A stretch of 64,000 bases of DNA from Calcarisporiella thermophila CBS 279.70 (GCF_041956535.1 NW_027192191.1:1189443-1253442), one strand, 5' to 3'; numbered from the stretch's first letter, positions 13,148-25,600 are shown. Made by a program: numbers and translations. The notes: generated from the letters alone by a model not told the origin.

Positions 13148-13886
13148 TTAATCTGTACTTTTTAGGGCATTCTCTCTACTTTTTTCTGCTTCCTCTTTAT
13201 AGTGTTTCTTAATGGCTAAATCGACCCTATTCTTAATCCGCTCATTTAACGCAGGACGGTAGCCAAGAGAAAATAGGACCTCAAGCCAGATAAAAAGAGG
13301 TGCAAGGAAGATAACTAACCAAAATAATAAGCATTAGTTCGCACATGTTTTGAGGAATAAAAGCCTGCATTTATCATGTTATACATTGTTGAAGGTTATC
13401 TTTCAAGATAAACTCTCTCCTTCCAGCTAGCCAGTATCCGAATAGCTGCAAGACCAATCCGCTTATTTGAGCGGATAATGCAATTGTGCGATAATTTGGT
13501 TCAATGAATCTAAAATTCGTTGCATTGTACGCCAGATACAGAATGACTGGGGCAAATAGAAGCTTAAAGCAATAATGACGATTTAAATACGAGGCTGGAA
13601 ATTACTCAAGTATATGCCAACTTACACTAGCTACTGGTTCTAGTAAAAGATAATAAGCGATATAAATGAATGCTGCTACAAAGGCGAGGTTTGGTGAGAG
13701 GGGCCATAGCCATTCCGCTGTCTTTGGTGATATAGTCAATCCAAATTCTGACGCGATGACTAGTACACCCCAGAGGACAAGAGGGACGCATACTAGTTGT
13801 AGTGCCAAATTTACGCGACTTTTGCGCTGTAGTTTATAAAAGGTCAGCTGTTGCTCGAGGTTTAGTAGCGATCCAGCGGCGGGCAT
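13148..13886 (-). CDS. MPO1/DUF962-like ER membrane protein lacking the conserved His residues
   Basis: LEQQLTFY..VNLALQLVCVPLVLW, YYLLLEP, DNLQQ..FLAPLFIWLEVLFSLGYRPAL. Three exons. Confidence 0.85.
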
Positions 13887-14083
13887 TTGGAATATTCTTC
13901 AAGATCAATAGCACAAGAGTATCTTGTTTTCATTGTAGAAATAGAGTCACATGGAAAAGTAGGTCTAGGTTAGGGTTGAAATAAGACGGTCCCAAGTGAC
14001 GTAAGAATAACAATTCGATAAACAAATCCGAATTCTCTTCAATATATGTATTTTCACTAAAATATTAATCTATTGTTAGTAAA

Positions 14084-15160
14084 ATGGCAAAATCATCCGA
14101 GCAAGTGATCAAATCTACATTGTGGATGGGCGAGCTGGCTCCCTATATGTCAGAAGATTTCATCAGACAACTTTGGTACAGTTTAGGCGAAAACGTGAAT
14201 GTGAAAGTGATTCGCGACAAAAACCGAGGGTAACTTTGAGTAGCGTATGCAGACAATGGAGTTCATTAATTCACATTCCTCAAAACATAATCTAGTCAGA
14301 TACCAACTTACTGCTTTGTTGAGTTTGAAACCCCCGCTGCTGCACAGAACGCTCTTAATTCCTTCAACGAGACATTAATACCAAACACGGATCGCACCTT
14401 TAAACTGAATTGGGCTAATGGCTCGGAGAAAAAGCAAGTATTACCATCCAAAAGCTGGTTGGTATTTCTATTTATGTTTTAATTATTTTTCTGTCTACAG
14501 AGAGAATGCTCAAGAATACTCGGCATTTGTTGGTGATTTAGGGCAAGATGTTACAGAGCAGATGCTACTGGTGAATATTTCGAACCTATCCCAAACTTTT
14601 CCTATCTCTTTGATTGAATATTCTCTCAATGTATCACTAGGCTACATTCCGCAATAGTTACCCTTCTTGTATGTCTGCCAAAGGTATGATTTGAAATGGT
14701 ATGTCTAATGTCCTATTTGTTTTTTACCGATCTAATCTTTGTAGTAATGATTGACTCGATAACTGGAAAGTCTCGCGGATATGGTTTTGTAACATTTGCT
14801 AATATTGAAGAGCGAAACCGTTCCCTCACAGAGATGAATGGAATGCAGCTCGGGTCGAAACCAATTCGCATCGGATTGGCACAGCATAAAACCAATAATA
14901 ATAACCTTGGATACGGGCATCAACGAATTGCAAATACCACCGTATATGTTGGTGGTCTTGTTGGTCAGGTCACTGAAACTGATCTCCATGAATTCTTTTG
15001 TCATTTCGGTGAGATCACCAATATCAAGATTCCGCCTGGAAAAGGATGCGGATTTGTTCAGTTTCGACATCGTCAGAGCGCAGAGGCGGCTATCATACAA
15101 GCTAATGGCTCAATGATTGGCAATTCTCATCACATCCGCCTGTCTTGGGGCCGCGCGTAG
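14084..15160 (+). CDS. Three-RRM RNA-binding protein, Nam8/Ngr1/TRNAU1AP family
   Basis: STLWMGEL..E+FIRQLW, YCFVEF, TFKLNWANG, EYSAFVGDL, GKSRGYGFVTF, NTTVYVGGL, IKIPPGKGCGFVQF and IRLSWGR. Confidence 0.9.
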
Positions 15161-15381
15161 ATTTTAGTTATATATATTTTTGAGAGTATCACTTCGCTAG
15201 TGTATACCACTCTATCTTTTATATATATTTAATTTTTTTTTTCCAAGATTTTTCTCGAGCAATAAAAATGTCCTTAGAAATTTCGTTATACATTTGTGGC
15301 GTAGCCATTGCCACGTTCTTCTACTTGAAATAGGCTCGTAACCATTTTGAACTCATCCGTAACCTCGACGATATATTAATT

Positions 15382-16296
15382 ATGGTGGTAAACATCTAAT
15401 ACATTCTTTACAGCAAGGGGATTTGAACGTGAAATTCTTATGCTAGATGAGTTGCATTTATATGGATTCACACGTTCAAATCATCTCTTGAGTAATAGGA
15501 GAGGTTTTCACCTTTATACATATACATCTAGCTAGTATTAATCATTGGCGATCTTCACATCCCCCACAGAGCACATGATCTTCCTTTAAAATTTAAGAAG
15601 CTCTTGGTGTGTTTCTTTTTCTTTTTCTCACAAGAATTTTCTTATTTATGAGATAATACATTAGGTCCCGGGAAAGATTCAACAGATTATCAGCACTGGA
15701 AATATATGTGATAAGAGTTCATACGATTATCTGCGTACCATCGCCAGTGATATTCACGTGGTAAAAGGCGATTTTGATGAGGTATAATATTTCGCTTGAT
15801 GCTGCTGTATTGTAATTTTCGGTCTCCTTGTCACTTAACACGAATTCTCAGAATCCTAGCTGGCCCCTTTCCAAAATCATCAATCATGACCATATCAGGA
15901 TTGGAGTTTTGCACGGTCACCAAATAATCCCATGGGGAGATACAGAGTCGCTGTCTATTGCTGCCCGTCAAATGGATGTGGATATCTTGCTCAGTGGGCA
16001 CACGCATCGATTTGAGGCTTTTGAGTATGAGGGTAAATTCTTTATTAATCCTGGTAGTGCCACTGGGGCCTATAGTGCACTAGGGGGGTGAGTATTTACA
16101 GTGACGAAGGCCCAGTTCATTTCTAATGACCTCTTGGCGTTCTCTGTCCTCTATTAGAGAAACGACCCCGTCATTTGTTCTCCTAGATATTCAAGGTTCT
16201 GTTGTTGTTACGTATGTATACCAGCTGATCGACGGTGAAGTGAAGGTTGAAAAAATAGAGTATAAAAAGCAGTTCGAGGGTGGAAAGATACTGTAA
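15382..16296 (+). CDS. VPS29: Retromer subunit Vps29
   Basis: MV|[61 protein letters not shown] and [17 protein letters not shown]. Confidence 0.97.
15414..15490 (+). repeat. Imperfect inverted repeat (about 77-nt hairpin) inside VPS29 intron 1
   Basis: GATTTGAACGTG and CACGTTCAAATC are perfect 12-bp arms, extended by CAAGGG/CTCTTG outside and an ATGC/GCAT stem inside. Confidence 0.8.
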
Positions 16297-16562
16297 TGTA
16301 TGATCCTCTGATCGAGCTCCACGATTATACAATATATTCACATTTATTGTCCATCCCGAAAATGGTGCTCATCACAGCCGCGGTGTTTTGTTAATCAAAT
16401 CTTTCTATTCGTCTTATGCTAAGATTTTTCTTTTATTCTTTTATTGTTTGTTGCCCCTACTTGTATTTTGCAACCATTTTTGTTTTTACGAATGGGAAAC
16501 CATATATCGCTCTACCACGTATAAGCACAATTTGAAATATCATTTCCAAATTCAGATATAGG

Positions 16563-16573
16563 ACGCGACGCGT
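16563..16573. promoter_or_regulatory. Overlapping MCB-like boxes (ACGCGA/ACGCGT) upstream of ASK1
   Basis: GGACGCGACGCGTAAA about 50 bp upstream of the ASK1 ATG. Confidence 0.55.
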
Positions 16574-16620
16574 AAATTTTTGTTTAACTTTTTCATCTGC
16601 TGTCCCATTCAAACAAGAAT

Positions 16621-17691
16621 ATGGAAATTGCTGAAGAGATTGAGAAGCTTGAGCAGAATATAACGCTTGCTCTGCAAGAAATCGATCATAATTTTGCACG
16701 ATGTCATCACGTCCTAGCCACTCGCGTATTACCACAAGCTGAGCGGTATTCAAAGGCGTCTAAAGACGTGTGGGAAGGATGCAAGGTGTGTACTTTTTTT
16801 TCTTTAATATCGAGAAGTGGAAAATAAAATGGGGATAATAATGAAAGCAGAGTTGAGTTTAGAGGGCGATTGATTTAGCTTTTGAATTTGATTTCTCTAT
16901 AGATGTGGATGAGTTTTTTTGAATCGTTTGATTCCACAATTGCCGCCCCACAAACATCTATATTTGAAACAGATGATACATCGATGAGTGGACATAATGA
17001 AGAAAGCTCCCTGAGGACGGAAGACTCGTTTCTGCGCACATTACTTGCGGAAGACGACAAAGGCAAACCAAATGGCGAGGGTGGAAATGGGGCCGATGAT
17101 GAAGAGGAATCTAGGGATAAAGAAGCGACCGAGTTGGATAAGATCCTTCAGCCTCCCTGGGATAGACTCAAACGGGAGCTCGACATGAATCCAGAGGGGC
17201 TGGGCCAAACTCTGCCGGGTGGAGCATCCCCGCTAGAAAGCCAACCTCAAATCTCAACGCCAGCTTCTACGGCCAAACGAAAGCATCGGCAACCAGCCTC
17301 AGCGAAACTATTGTCGCGCCTCTTAACCCGCCAACAGAAGGAGACCCACCACGTCAAAGGCCCCGAGCACGGCTCGCCTTCCCTAGCGCAGCAGAGCGAG
17401 GGCCAACTCTCCTTTGCGCCAATGCCAGGAACACCCTGGCGCGGCGGATCAGACTCGGACTCGGATTGGGAGTCGTCGTTCGACAACTCCCCACCGGTCA
17501 CGATGCAGTTTGCGATCGCGCCCTCCAAGCTCCTGCGGACTCCCGCCAAGGAGGCCGCCCGCAACATCGTCGACGACCTATTGGACGACATCGACAGCCC
17601 GTCGTCCTCCACGCCGCACGAATTACGTGAGCTGGCAGGCGAGAGCGCCGGGATTAATCGAACCGTATCTCAGTCCGATGAAGAACTGTAA
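16621..17691 (+). CDS. ASK1: DASH/Dam1 complex subunit Ask1
   Basis: EEIEKLEQNITLALQEIDHNFARCH..VLP..YSKAS..VWEGCK|MWMSFFE, plus the C-terminal SPPVTMQFAIAPSKLLRTPAKEAARNIVDDLL motif. Confidence 0.95.
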
Positions 17692-17947
17692 ATAGCGATA
17701 ATATGCACCGCAGTGATAGTAATAAAGTTATCTTATATCGATGGAATGCTGGCATGAATCAGCCGCTGAGATTCCGAACTCAGGCTGGTCACGCGTGAGG
17801 CGATTGGAAATTTCAGTCTCAATTCGTGGGTCTGCTCTATATTTCTTTTTTTTTCCCACCCCTCCGCTATTTTGTTTCCTTGTTCCCCCCCCTCTCCTAC
17901 CATTTTGGTTTTTTATTTATCCTCTTGTAATCCCCCTGTTTCTACCC

Positions 17948-20335
17948 ATGGCGCCTCCCATGGTTGAGAGTTCGGCTTCGGCCATTATGCATCATGGCCA
18001 GCTGGAGCTGCCCGCCCTCCCTGTGCCCCCGCTGGATCAAACCCTGGATCGCTATCTCTCCTCGGTGCGCCCGCTCCTCTCTGATGAGGAGTATGCCGCT
18101 ACTCAAAAGGCGGTGGAAGAATTCCGCACCGGAGACGGCCCGCGCCTTCAGCAGCTCCTCGAGGAGCGCCGGCTTGCCAAGAGCGAAACAAGCTGGCTGG
18201 AGGAATTCTGGAACCACTACGCCTACCACTCCTCTAGGGTGTCCACCACATTTTATCACAATTACTTTTTCGGATTCAGGAATGACGGTCGGCATCCCCC
18301 GCAATGTGCCAGAGCTGCCCTACTCATCGCTTACGCAATAAAATTCCGCAAATTGATCCAACTGTAAGCAGGTTTATTAACAAAATCAAGCACAATTCTT
18401 GTTGACATTAATCATTGCACTTATAGCCGTCAGCTCAAGCCAGATATGCTGCGCAAAAAGGCCTTCTGCATGTATATGTACGACTGGATGTTCAATGCCT
18501 GCCGGATCCCTGATCATCCCTATGATCAAACCAAAAGCTACGATAATGATTTGAATAATCACATCGCAGTCGCACGGAAAGGCCATTTCTTCATTCTTGA
18601 AACCGTGCATCCAGTGGAGGAACGTATCCTCACTAATGATGAGATCATGAGGTATTGCATATGCTTTCCCTATTGTCTATCACTAGGCTGCTTACTGAAG
18701 ATTTTCCAATAGCCAGCTTGAGAAAATCAAAGAGATAGCAGATAATCTCCCAGAAGAGCCTGGCATCGGCTATTTCACCACGGATAACCGTGACGAGTGG
18801 GCCAAGAGCTTCAAATTATTAATGAAGGCGAATCCAGAAAACGCCGCCTCATTTGAAAAATTAGCTAGCGCCCTCTTCCTAGTGTGTCTTGATGAGAAAT
18901 CGCCCGAAACTCGTGAAGACGTAAATTTAGCAATAGATAGTAGAATCTTCTTATAGCCTTTCTAACCGATCTTTTGTTTCCCTTTTCTAGTTTAGCCGTG
19001 AGCTTTGGCATGGCGATGGAAAGAACCGATGGTTCGACAAGTGTTTCCAAATTATCGTCTTTGAGAACGGAAAGGCCGGATACAATGGAGAGGTACTTTT
19101 AAGTTTCAATTAAAAAAAAAATAGGCGGTATTTTTTTTTTTACACTATCTATTTATTACAGCACTCGATGATGGATGGTACAACAACCAGTCGTCTTAGT
19201 CACTTTGTTGTTGAAAGGTATATTAGCTCATTTCATACTCAGCCAGTAATGTCCGATTTAATACTCCTACCCACTACAATAGTGCCGAGAATGATATCTT
19301 GCCCACGCTTGTGAATATTTCGAATCTTCCCACACCGCAGAAACTTAATTTCAGTCTAACCACGGAGCTGGAGGCCCGGCTTGAACAATCCCGATCCCAA
19401 TTTTACAAGGAAGTGTCTGCCCATGAGCTTTCTGTGCTTGTATTCGATCGATATGGGAAAGATGCTATCAAGAAGCTCAAAGCATCACCCGATGCATTTG
19501 TTCAAATGGCTATCCAATTTGCATATTACCGAATGATGGGTCGAGTCAATGCCACCTATGAGAGTGCCGCAACCCGACGTTATCGACATGGCCGCACCGA
19601 AACCATCCGATCCGTGACTAATGAAAGCAAGCGCTGGTTAGAAGCCATGGTCGACCCAAATACCTCGGTATAGACGAGACTTTTTGAAGGTCAAAATATT
19701 TTGCTTACTGAATGGGCTGTAATTTTGATATTTTTAGGACGAAGAAAGGACCACTTTGCTTCGAAAAGCCATCGATAAGCATGTTGAGTACACGAATTGG
19801 GCTGTCTCTGGCAATGGTGTTGATCGTCATTTGCTTGGTATACATCGATTTTCTGTGACAATTACATATTTCAATTCTCATGTCCATGTTTTTCTTTTTC
19901 AAAGGTCTCAAGCTATTGGCCGAAAAAGAAAACAGCAAACTTCCATCGATCTTTACGGACCCTAGTTATAGTCTCTCCAGCCATTGGAACTTATCCACCT
20001 CCCAAATTACTGACGATGCGTTTGAGGAATATGGCTGGGGCGAAGTGGTACCCGATGGGTTTGGCGTGGCTTACATGGTAAAGGATGATGTACTCCAGTT
20101 CAACGTGGTTTCAAAGGGCCTTGGCTCTCCGCGCTTGTGCGCAGAGCTGGAAAAAGCGCTGGTTGATATTCGCGCCCTTCTCTCGAAACCTGTGGCCAAA
20201 AAGGACGAAGCTGCTGCAACTATCAACTCTAATAGTGTCAATGGACAAGCGAAGGATGTGGGCTCAGATGATGATAAGAATGTGCAAAAGAAAGATAAGA
20301 GATGGCGAAAGTTCCCAGGACTTTGTATCAACTGA
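17948..20335 (+). CDS. Carnitine O-acetyltransferase
   Basis: LPALPVPPLDQTLDRYL, SWLEEFW, LWHGDGKNRWFDK, catalytic GEHSMMDG, SPDAFVQMAIQ, TYESA, HGRTETIRS, GVDRHLLG, LSTSQ and GWGEVVPDGFGVAY. Confidence 0.95.
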
Positions 20336-20678
20336 TTATTTTTTTTTTCGTGTTGAACATCATAGATTTTATCTTATATTATACTGTTTCATTCAGATAC
20401 AAGCTTCTTTTACTTTTCTTTTGAAATCACGGATATTTTATATTCTCTTTGTTCATGAGATGCTTTGATGTATAAATCTACTTTCTCTATTTTTGAAGGG
20501 ATAAGGTTTGAAGATAATAGAACATCATAAACATTTATTGTATACTCTGCTGTTTTGTTTTTCTGATAGGTGATACTTCATTCCCAATCAAAATTTAAGC
20601 TCAAAAACTGTTATTTTGTGGTTGAAATTTTGGTATTTCCGCTAGTCCTCAATAGAGGTGAAAGCATCAAATTGAAGG

Positions 20679-22404
20679 ATGGCAACAACCCGTAGGCTTC
20701 AGCTAAAAGGATGGCTCACATCGGCATTATTGCTCTGCATTTCATTATGCCAGCTATCCCGTGCACAACAAAATAATCCTTGCTCCCGGGACAAAATCAA
20801 TTCAAGTAAGAGACCCGAAGTTTCTCACGTTGAATGTGAACAGTAATTTTTATGCAATTTTGAAGCCGGATTCCAAGTAGAATATCACGAAACTTACAAG
20901 GTGGTGACCAACGCCAAAAATAATGAAAAATATGTTCTACAATGCACCGACCAGAAGCTTGAAATTCCTGGAGCCAATGCATATTTCAAAGTTCCCCTTG
21001 AAATTGTATACTCCCGAGACCTTGAGCCAATATCTTTCATCGAGGTTAGTGGTTAGTTCTAAATAATTGGTTATTAATGATGTTTAACTATGATTTCACA
21101 CAATAGTTGCTAGGCGAGCTGAATAAGCTCAAACAAATTCCACAGCTCGAACAAATTACTTCGCAATGCGTGATTAATTCATTACAGAATAATACAACCA
21201 CGACAATCAATGTAGACCAGCCCTCAGACTTCCCTGTATTCATAACAGGTGCTCCAAGCAACGACAAGCATATTACTCTTTCTTTAACCGATGATCAAAC
21301 CCCTTTAGAGGTGAATGTTTTAAATATTGGTCTTACTCTCATAATACTTAGGTTATTTTGAGTAGAAAGCCGAATGGATTAAGTTCGTGTCTACCTTCTT
21401 TAACCGTGAAGACGAAGCAAACAAGCTCTACGATCAGATCAGCAATAGCTACAATTGCCACAAGCAAAATTTAGCAAATGTCAACCGAAAATCCATCGCT
21501 TGGGTAGAGCACCTTTCCGATGGTTCTATAAAAATAAAGTCAGACAAGTACTATACAGAGCTCATCAGTGATGCTGGTAATTTCTATCTCTTTAATTCTT
21601 GCGGAAACCATTTTAACCCCCATTACATAACAGGTGGTGATAACCTTAAAACTTCTACCGTGCTATTTAAGGATCAAAAGGAGTTGCACGATACCCTCTC
21701 TAATGTTTGGCTCTTGATCGACTCGACCCAATTTACCAACAATAATGACAGCTTCGATACGTGGAAAAAGCTTTTCGGCTATACTGCAGGAGTGGGATCG
21801 AGCAACGAGCCGTTTCTCCGCGAGCGGCGGGTATTTCGCACCGATGGGATAAAAAATAATTTTGGATATTCAGGTAAGTTGCTTTTTATAATATTTCTCC
21901 ACGGGTATGCATCTGTATTGATTAAGTTGATCGATCTATTTGAAAAGACTGGGTTGAATCTTCAGCGGCACGCCCTGATCTCGTTCTTCAAGGTTAGATA
22001 TCATTAACATATATGTAGGCTTTCAGCTCTATTGACCCTTAATCTTATTTTTCTCAGATTTAATTGCAGCTGAGTATTCCACTTACCAAAAGACCTATAC
22101 GACTCATTGGCTTTACAATTTCGCTAGGGGCTCTCAATTTAAATCTATTCCCGGATGTTCCAAAGTACAGATCCCTCAGTGCCAATCGAATAGCTTTAGC
22201 GACCAAGAGAATACTAGTGTGTCTTCTGGACTCTCTACAGGTGCCAAAGTTGGAATTGGAATCTCCGTCTCAATCGTAGTGATTGGTATCCTATCTGCAT
22301 TGTTCCTTTTCTACCGACGGATTTATGAAAGACGTTTTGTACGATTAAACGATAATAACGTGCAGCTTGCTAATTTTCCCAGAGACAGTATTGTTTCTCA
22401 ATAG
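20679..22404 (+). CDS. Type I membrane protein with class III periplasmic-binding-protein fold (CBA1/BtuF-like)
   Basis: Signal peptide MATTRRLQLKGWLTSALLLCISLCQLSRA. Then FQVEYHETYKVVTN..YVLQC, FIE|LLG, ITSQCV, TPLE|KAEWIKFVSTFFNREDEAN, LISDAGG and DWVESSAARPDLVLQ|DLI. C-terminal TM VGIGISVSIVVIGILSALFLFY followed by RR. Confidence 0.8.
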
Positions 22405-22604
22405 ACATTTTTAACGTATTACTAATTATATGCATCAAATTTTTCCCCTCATCCTTATTGCTAGTGAAATTTTTGGTGCAATTTAATTTATGTAATTTTT
22501 TTACTAATTTAAATAAATATATACCTATTCACACCACAATGGTATTTAAAGTTTCCGCTCTATTTACAAAATAGTAATGAAAATTATATAACGAGTGCCA
22601 TGTC

Positions 22605-25600
22605 TCAGGAACTGGCTAGAGCAGCTAATTTTTCTGCACGCATTAAAACAGGCTTAGCGCATAAACGATCCTCTTCAGTCATCAATTGAGATAATTGCTG
22701 ATAAGCCTTGATTAATTCGTGTTCTAGCTGCTCTTTATAGCGCTGTTCTGTATTTTCCAACCTAGCGCAAGTTTGGCTCATTATCTCTGTCGAGGATACG
22801 ATGGCTTCTATTACTTTGATAAAAGCCTGGGCGTTACCAAAGCGCTCCCTTTTTTCTACTGCGGACAGCGCTGCACATGCGTGAATTCGAACCTTGAAAT
22901 TCTTACACCCAGTCAACGCACTGCATAGAGAATTCAGAATATCAGCACTCCATCCGGCCGCTCCCAAAGGGAAGCCAGGATTTCGAAAGGCATTCGCTAA
23001 TGCGTGACAGGCATTCCATCTGGCCTATGAACCATCATCAGATTTTTGAAAATAAATGAGACAAGGAGAAAAATTATTTACTTTTAAAACACCCCCCTCA
23101 ACATTCTTCGCCAGACTCGACACTACTTGAGAAATTATTGGGTGCAATAGGAATCGCTTTGGCGATATTCGCAACAGACTACCGAGAGCACGTAATCCGT
23201 TAGGACGCACCTAATTATTGTGCATACATATGAAATTGCCTCTCACAATTCGATAGTTAGTATCAACAAAGCATACCTTCTCATTGTCAAGCGATGCACT
23301 TAAAGAGGCCTTTAAAACTTTTTCCCACATCTCGAAATTTAAAATTTCGTTTACTCTTTCTAGCTGTCCGTCATCCCTTTATAAAAATAAATAATTAATA
23401 ATAAAACCTAGATATTTCCAGCTAAAGCCATGTACCATAGTTGACCAAGTGTATCACACAAGTTACCAAGAGACCAACTAGCTCGAATTCGAACCGAGAG
23501 TTGCGAATCGGTGGATTGAAGAATCATCACTTCAGCCATATCCGCTACGAATAGAATATCCTACAAGGTTTCCAAATAATGAGCCGATTTTTCTGACGAC
23601 AAAGTAAAACTGCTTTGCATACCTCGCGCAAAATGCGGTACAGCACGAGAATTCCCAAAGCTCGACAGGCAGAGGCTCGAACAAAACAGTTCTCGTCTTG
23701 CGCGAGCCCAAGCAGCAGAGGGACGAGAAGCAACTGTTGCTTTTGCTATAATTAAAACGGAGTTAATGATAGTGAAAATTCAAAAAAAAAAACAATTGGA
23801 ATACATACAGAAAGTTGCTGATATTGATCCTCTGATATATTGGAGATGATATCGCACGCAATTGCTCGCACATTTTGATTTTCGTCGCCCATAGAATGTA
23901 AAATAAACGTGTCTACTACAGAATCCCACCACATTTCAGGCAAAAGCTACATTTTTAAATTCGATTAGTGGACTATTGCTTATAATGATCATATAAGCTC
24001 TCATATTTACCTTTTGGGGCTCGGCAGATTTTGCAAAATTTTCTAAAAATTTCAATGAGGATATTCGCAAAGAGCTGTTATCATCGAGTGTTTGAGCGGC
24101 CAAGACAGAGTTAAGCTGCGGCCATATTTGCCTGTAGTAGTGATGAATATCAGAAAATCATTACGAAATGAAGCGCTTTTGGATGCTTCACACATACACA
24201 AAACGCACAGGGCACACTGTGGAGCACGAGCTTAGCGCATTCCAAGTCTCTAAACGTACTGGCACTGGTTCTTTTGGGCTTGATGCTAGCGTTATCAAGT
24301 ATTGAGGAAGCGGTAGGTCTAGTATTTCACCTCGGGAAAGAGAACGAGCTAGAGAATTATCCAGCAATGAGTTGATCTCATTGCACGCGCTTTCATTCCC
24401 TAATAGTACTGAAAGACACTCCATTGCTGCGACTCGAACAGAAATATCTAATTTGTCAAATATAAGGAATTATGTAGAAAATGGAACCTATGGGAAAATC
24501 CATCTACCTTCAAATTGTAATCGATTTATGGTGGCATTGAAAATAGATGTGATATATCCTGGATGCAAGCGGTCATAGGAGGTATTAGATACCAATACAG
24601 TGGATGCCTTAGCGAATATAAGCGTAGACGTTAGTATTAAGTTGAATTACATACATATATATGTATTTGTTCATACCTTTAATGCTGAAGCTATAACAAT
24701 GGGATTAGTTTCGGTTTGAATTAGTTTAACTAATCGGCTATGCAGTTCACGAATGAAACCACCCACTTTCTCCGAAAATGAAGTGAAATTCAACTTGGAA
24801 ATTCTAACAAGGAAGTGTTAATAATAGTTTTAGAGCGAAGCAGAATAATAAATATGAAAATACCTATCATCGCCAACTGCTAAATACTGCCTAGTGTTTT
24901 CAAGCATGGCTGCAAGTGTTTTACAGGCCGTGAATCGAACATGTACAATAGGATCTTTTGCCGCCAACGAAAGAAGATGAGGGGGATGATTTCCCGGATG
25001 ATCCGGTATAAACTTGATCCAATAAGGGAAGAGTACTTTTGTGGATATCTTTAAAAGACAAACAAAAAAAAATCAGAATATGAATTTCATTAATGACAAT
25101 GGTTAAAGTACCTTTGCCATCGTTTGTAAACAATTAAGGGCGTTGATTCTTATGGCACCTGAATTGAACCTTGAATGAAGAGTAAGAGAGAAGTTTTTAT
25201 TAAAACTAAAGACTCAATATGAATACATACCCCTTTATTGAAACTGTACCGTCATTATCAGATATTTCAGAATCTGAGCTAATGTTTACTGTAGGCTGGA
25301 ATCTGCTGATATAAGGTCCACCTAATTAGTGAAAGAGAGTTTAAATATTAGCTCGTATGTATCAATAGCATAAAAAATTGAGCCAGCATACTTCGAACAT
25401 TTTCAGTATGGGAATCACTCGGTTGAAAATCGAAAAATGCGAATATTTGTATAATTTCGACCAAGTCATCAGGATATTTTAAAAAGAGGTTTTTGTCTTC
25501 ATTTAAAACAAGCTGCATGGCTCGCAAAGTACTACTGATAAGCTATAAAAATAAACCCTCTTAATTTGATATGTTTTCATCATTGGTTCATGTTAGGTAA

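Noticed and set aside
13961-13978. Telomere-like TTAGGG
   Set aside because: Only a single perfect unit, not an array.
14084-15160. RRM protein as SECp43/TRNAU1AP, implying a selenocysteine system
   Set aside because: The three-RRM layout fits Nam8/Ngr1. I saw no in-frame TGA, SECIS or tRNA-Sec in the window.
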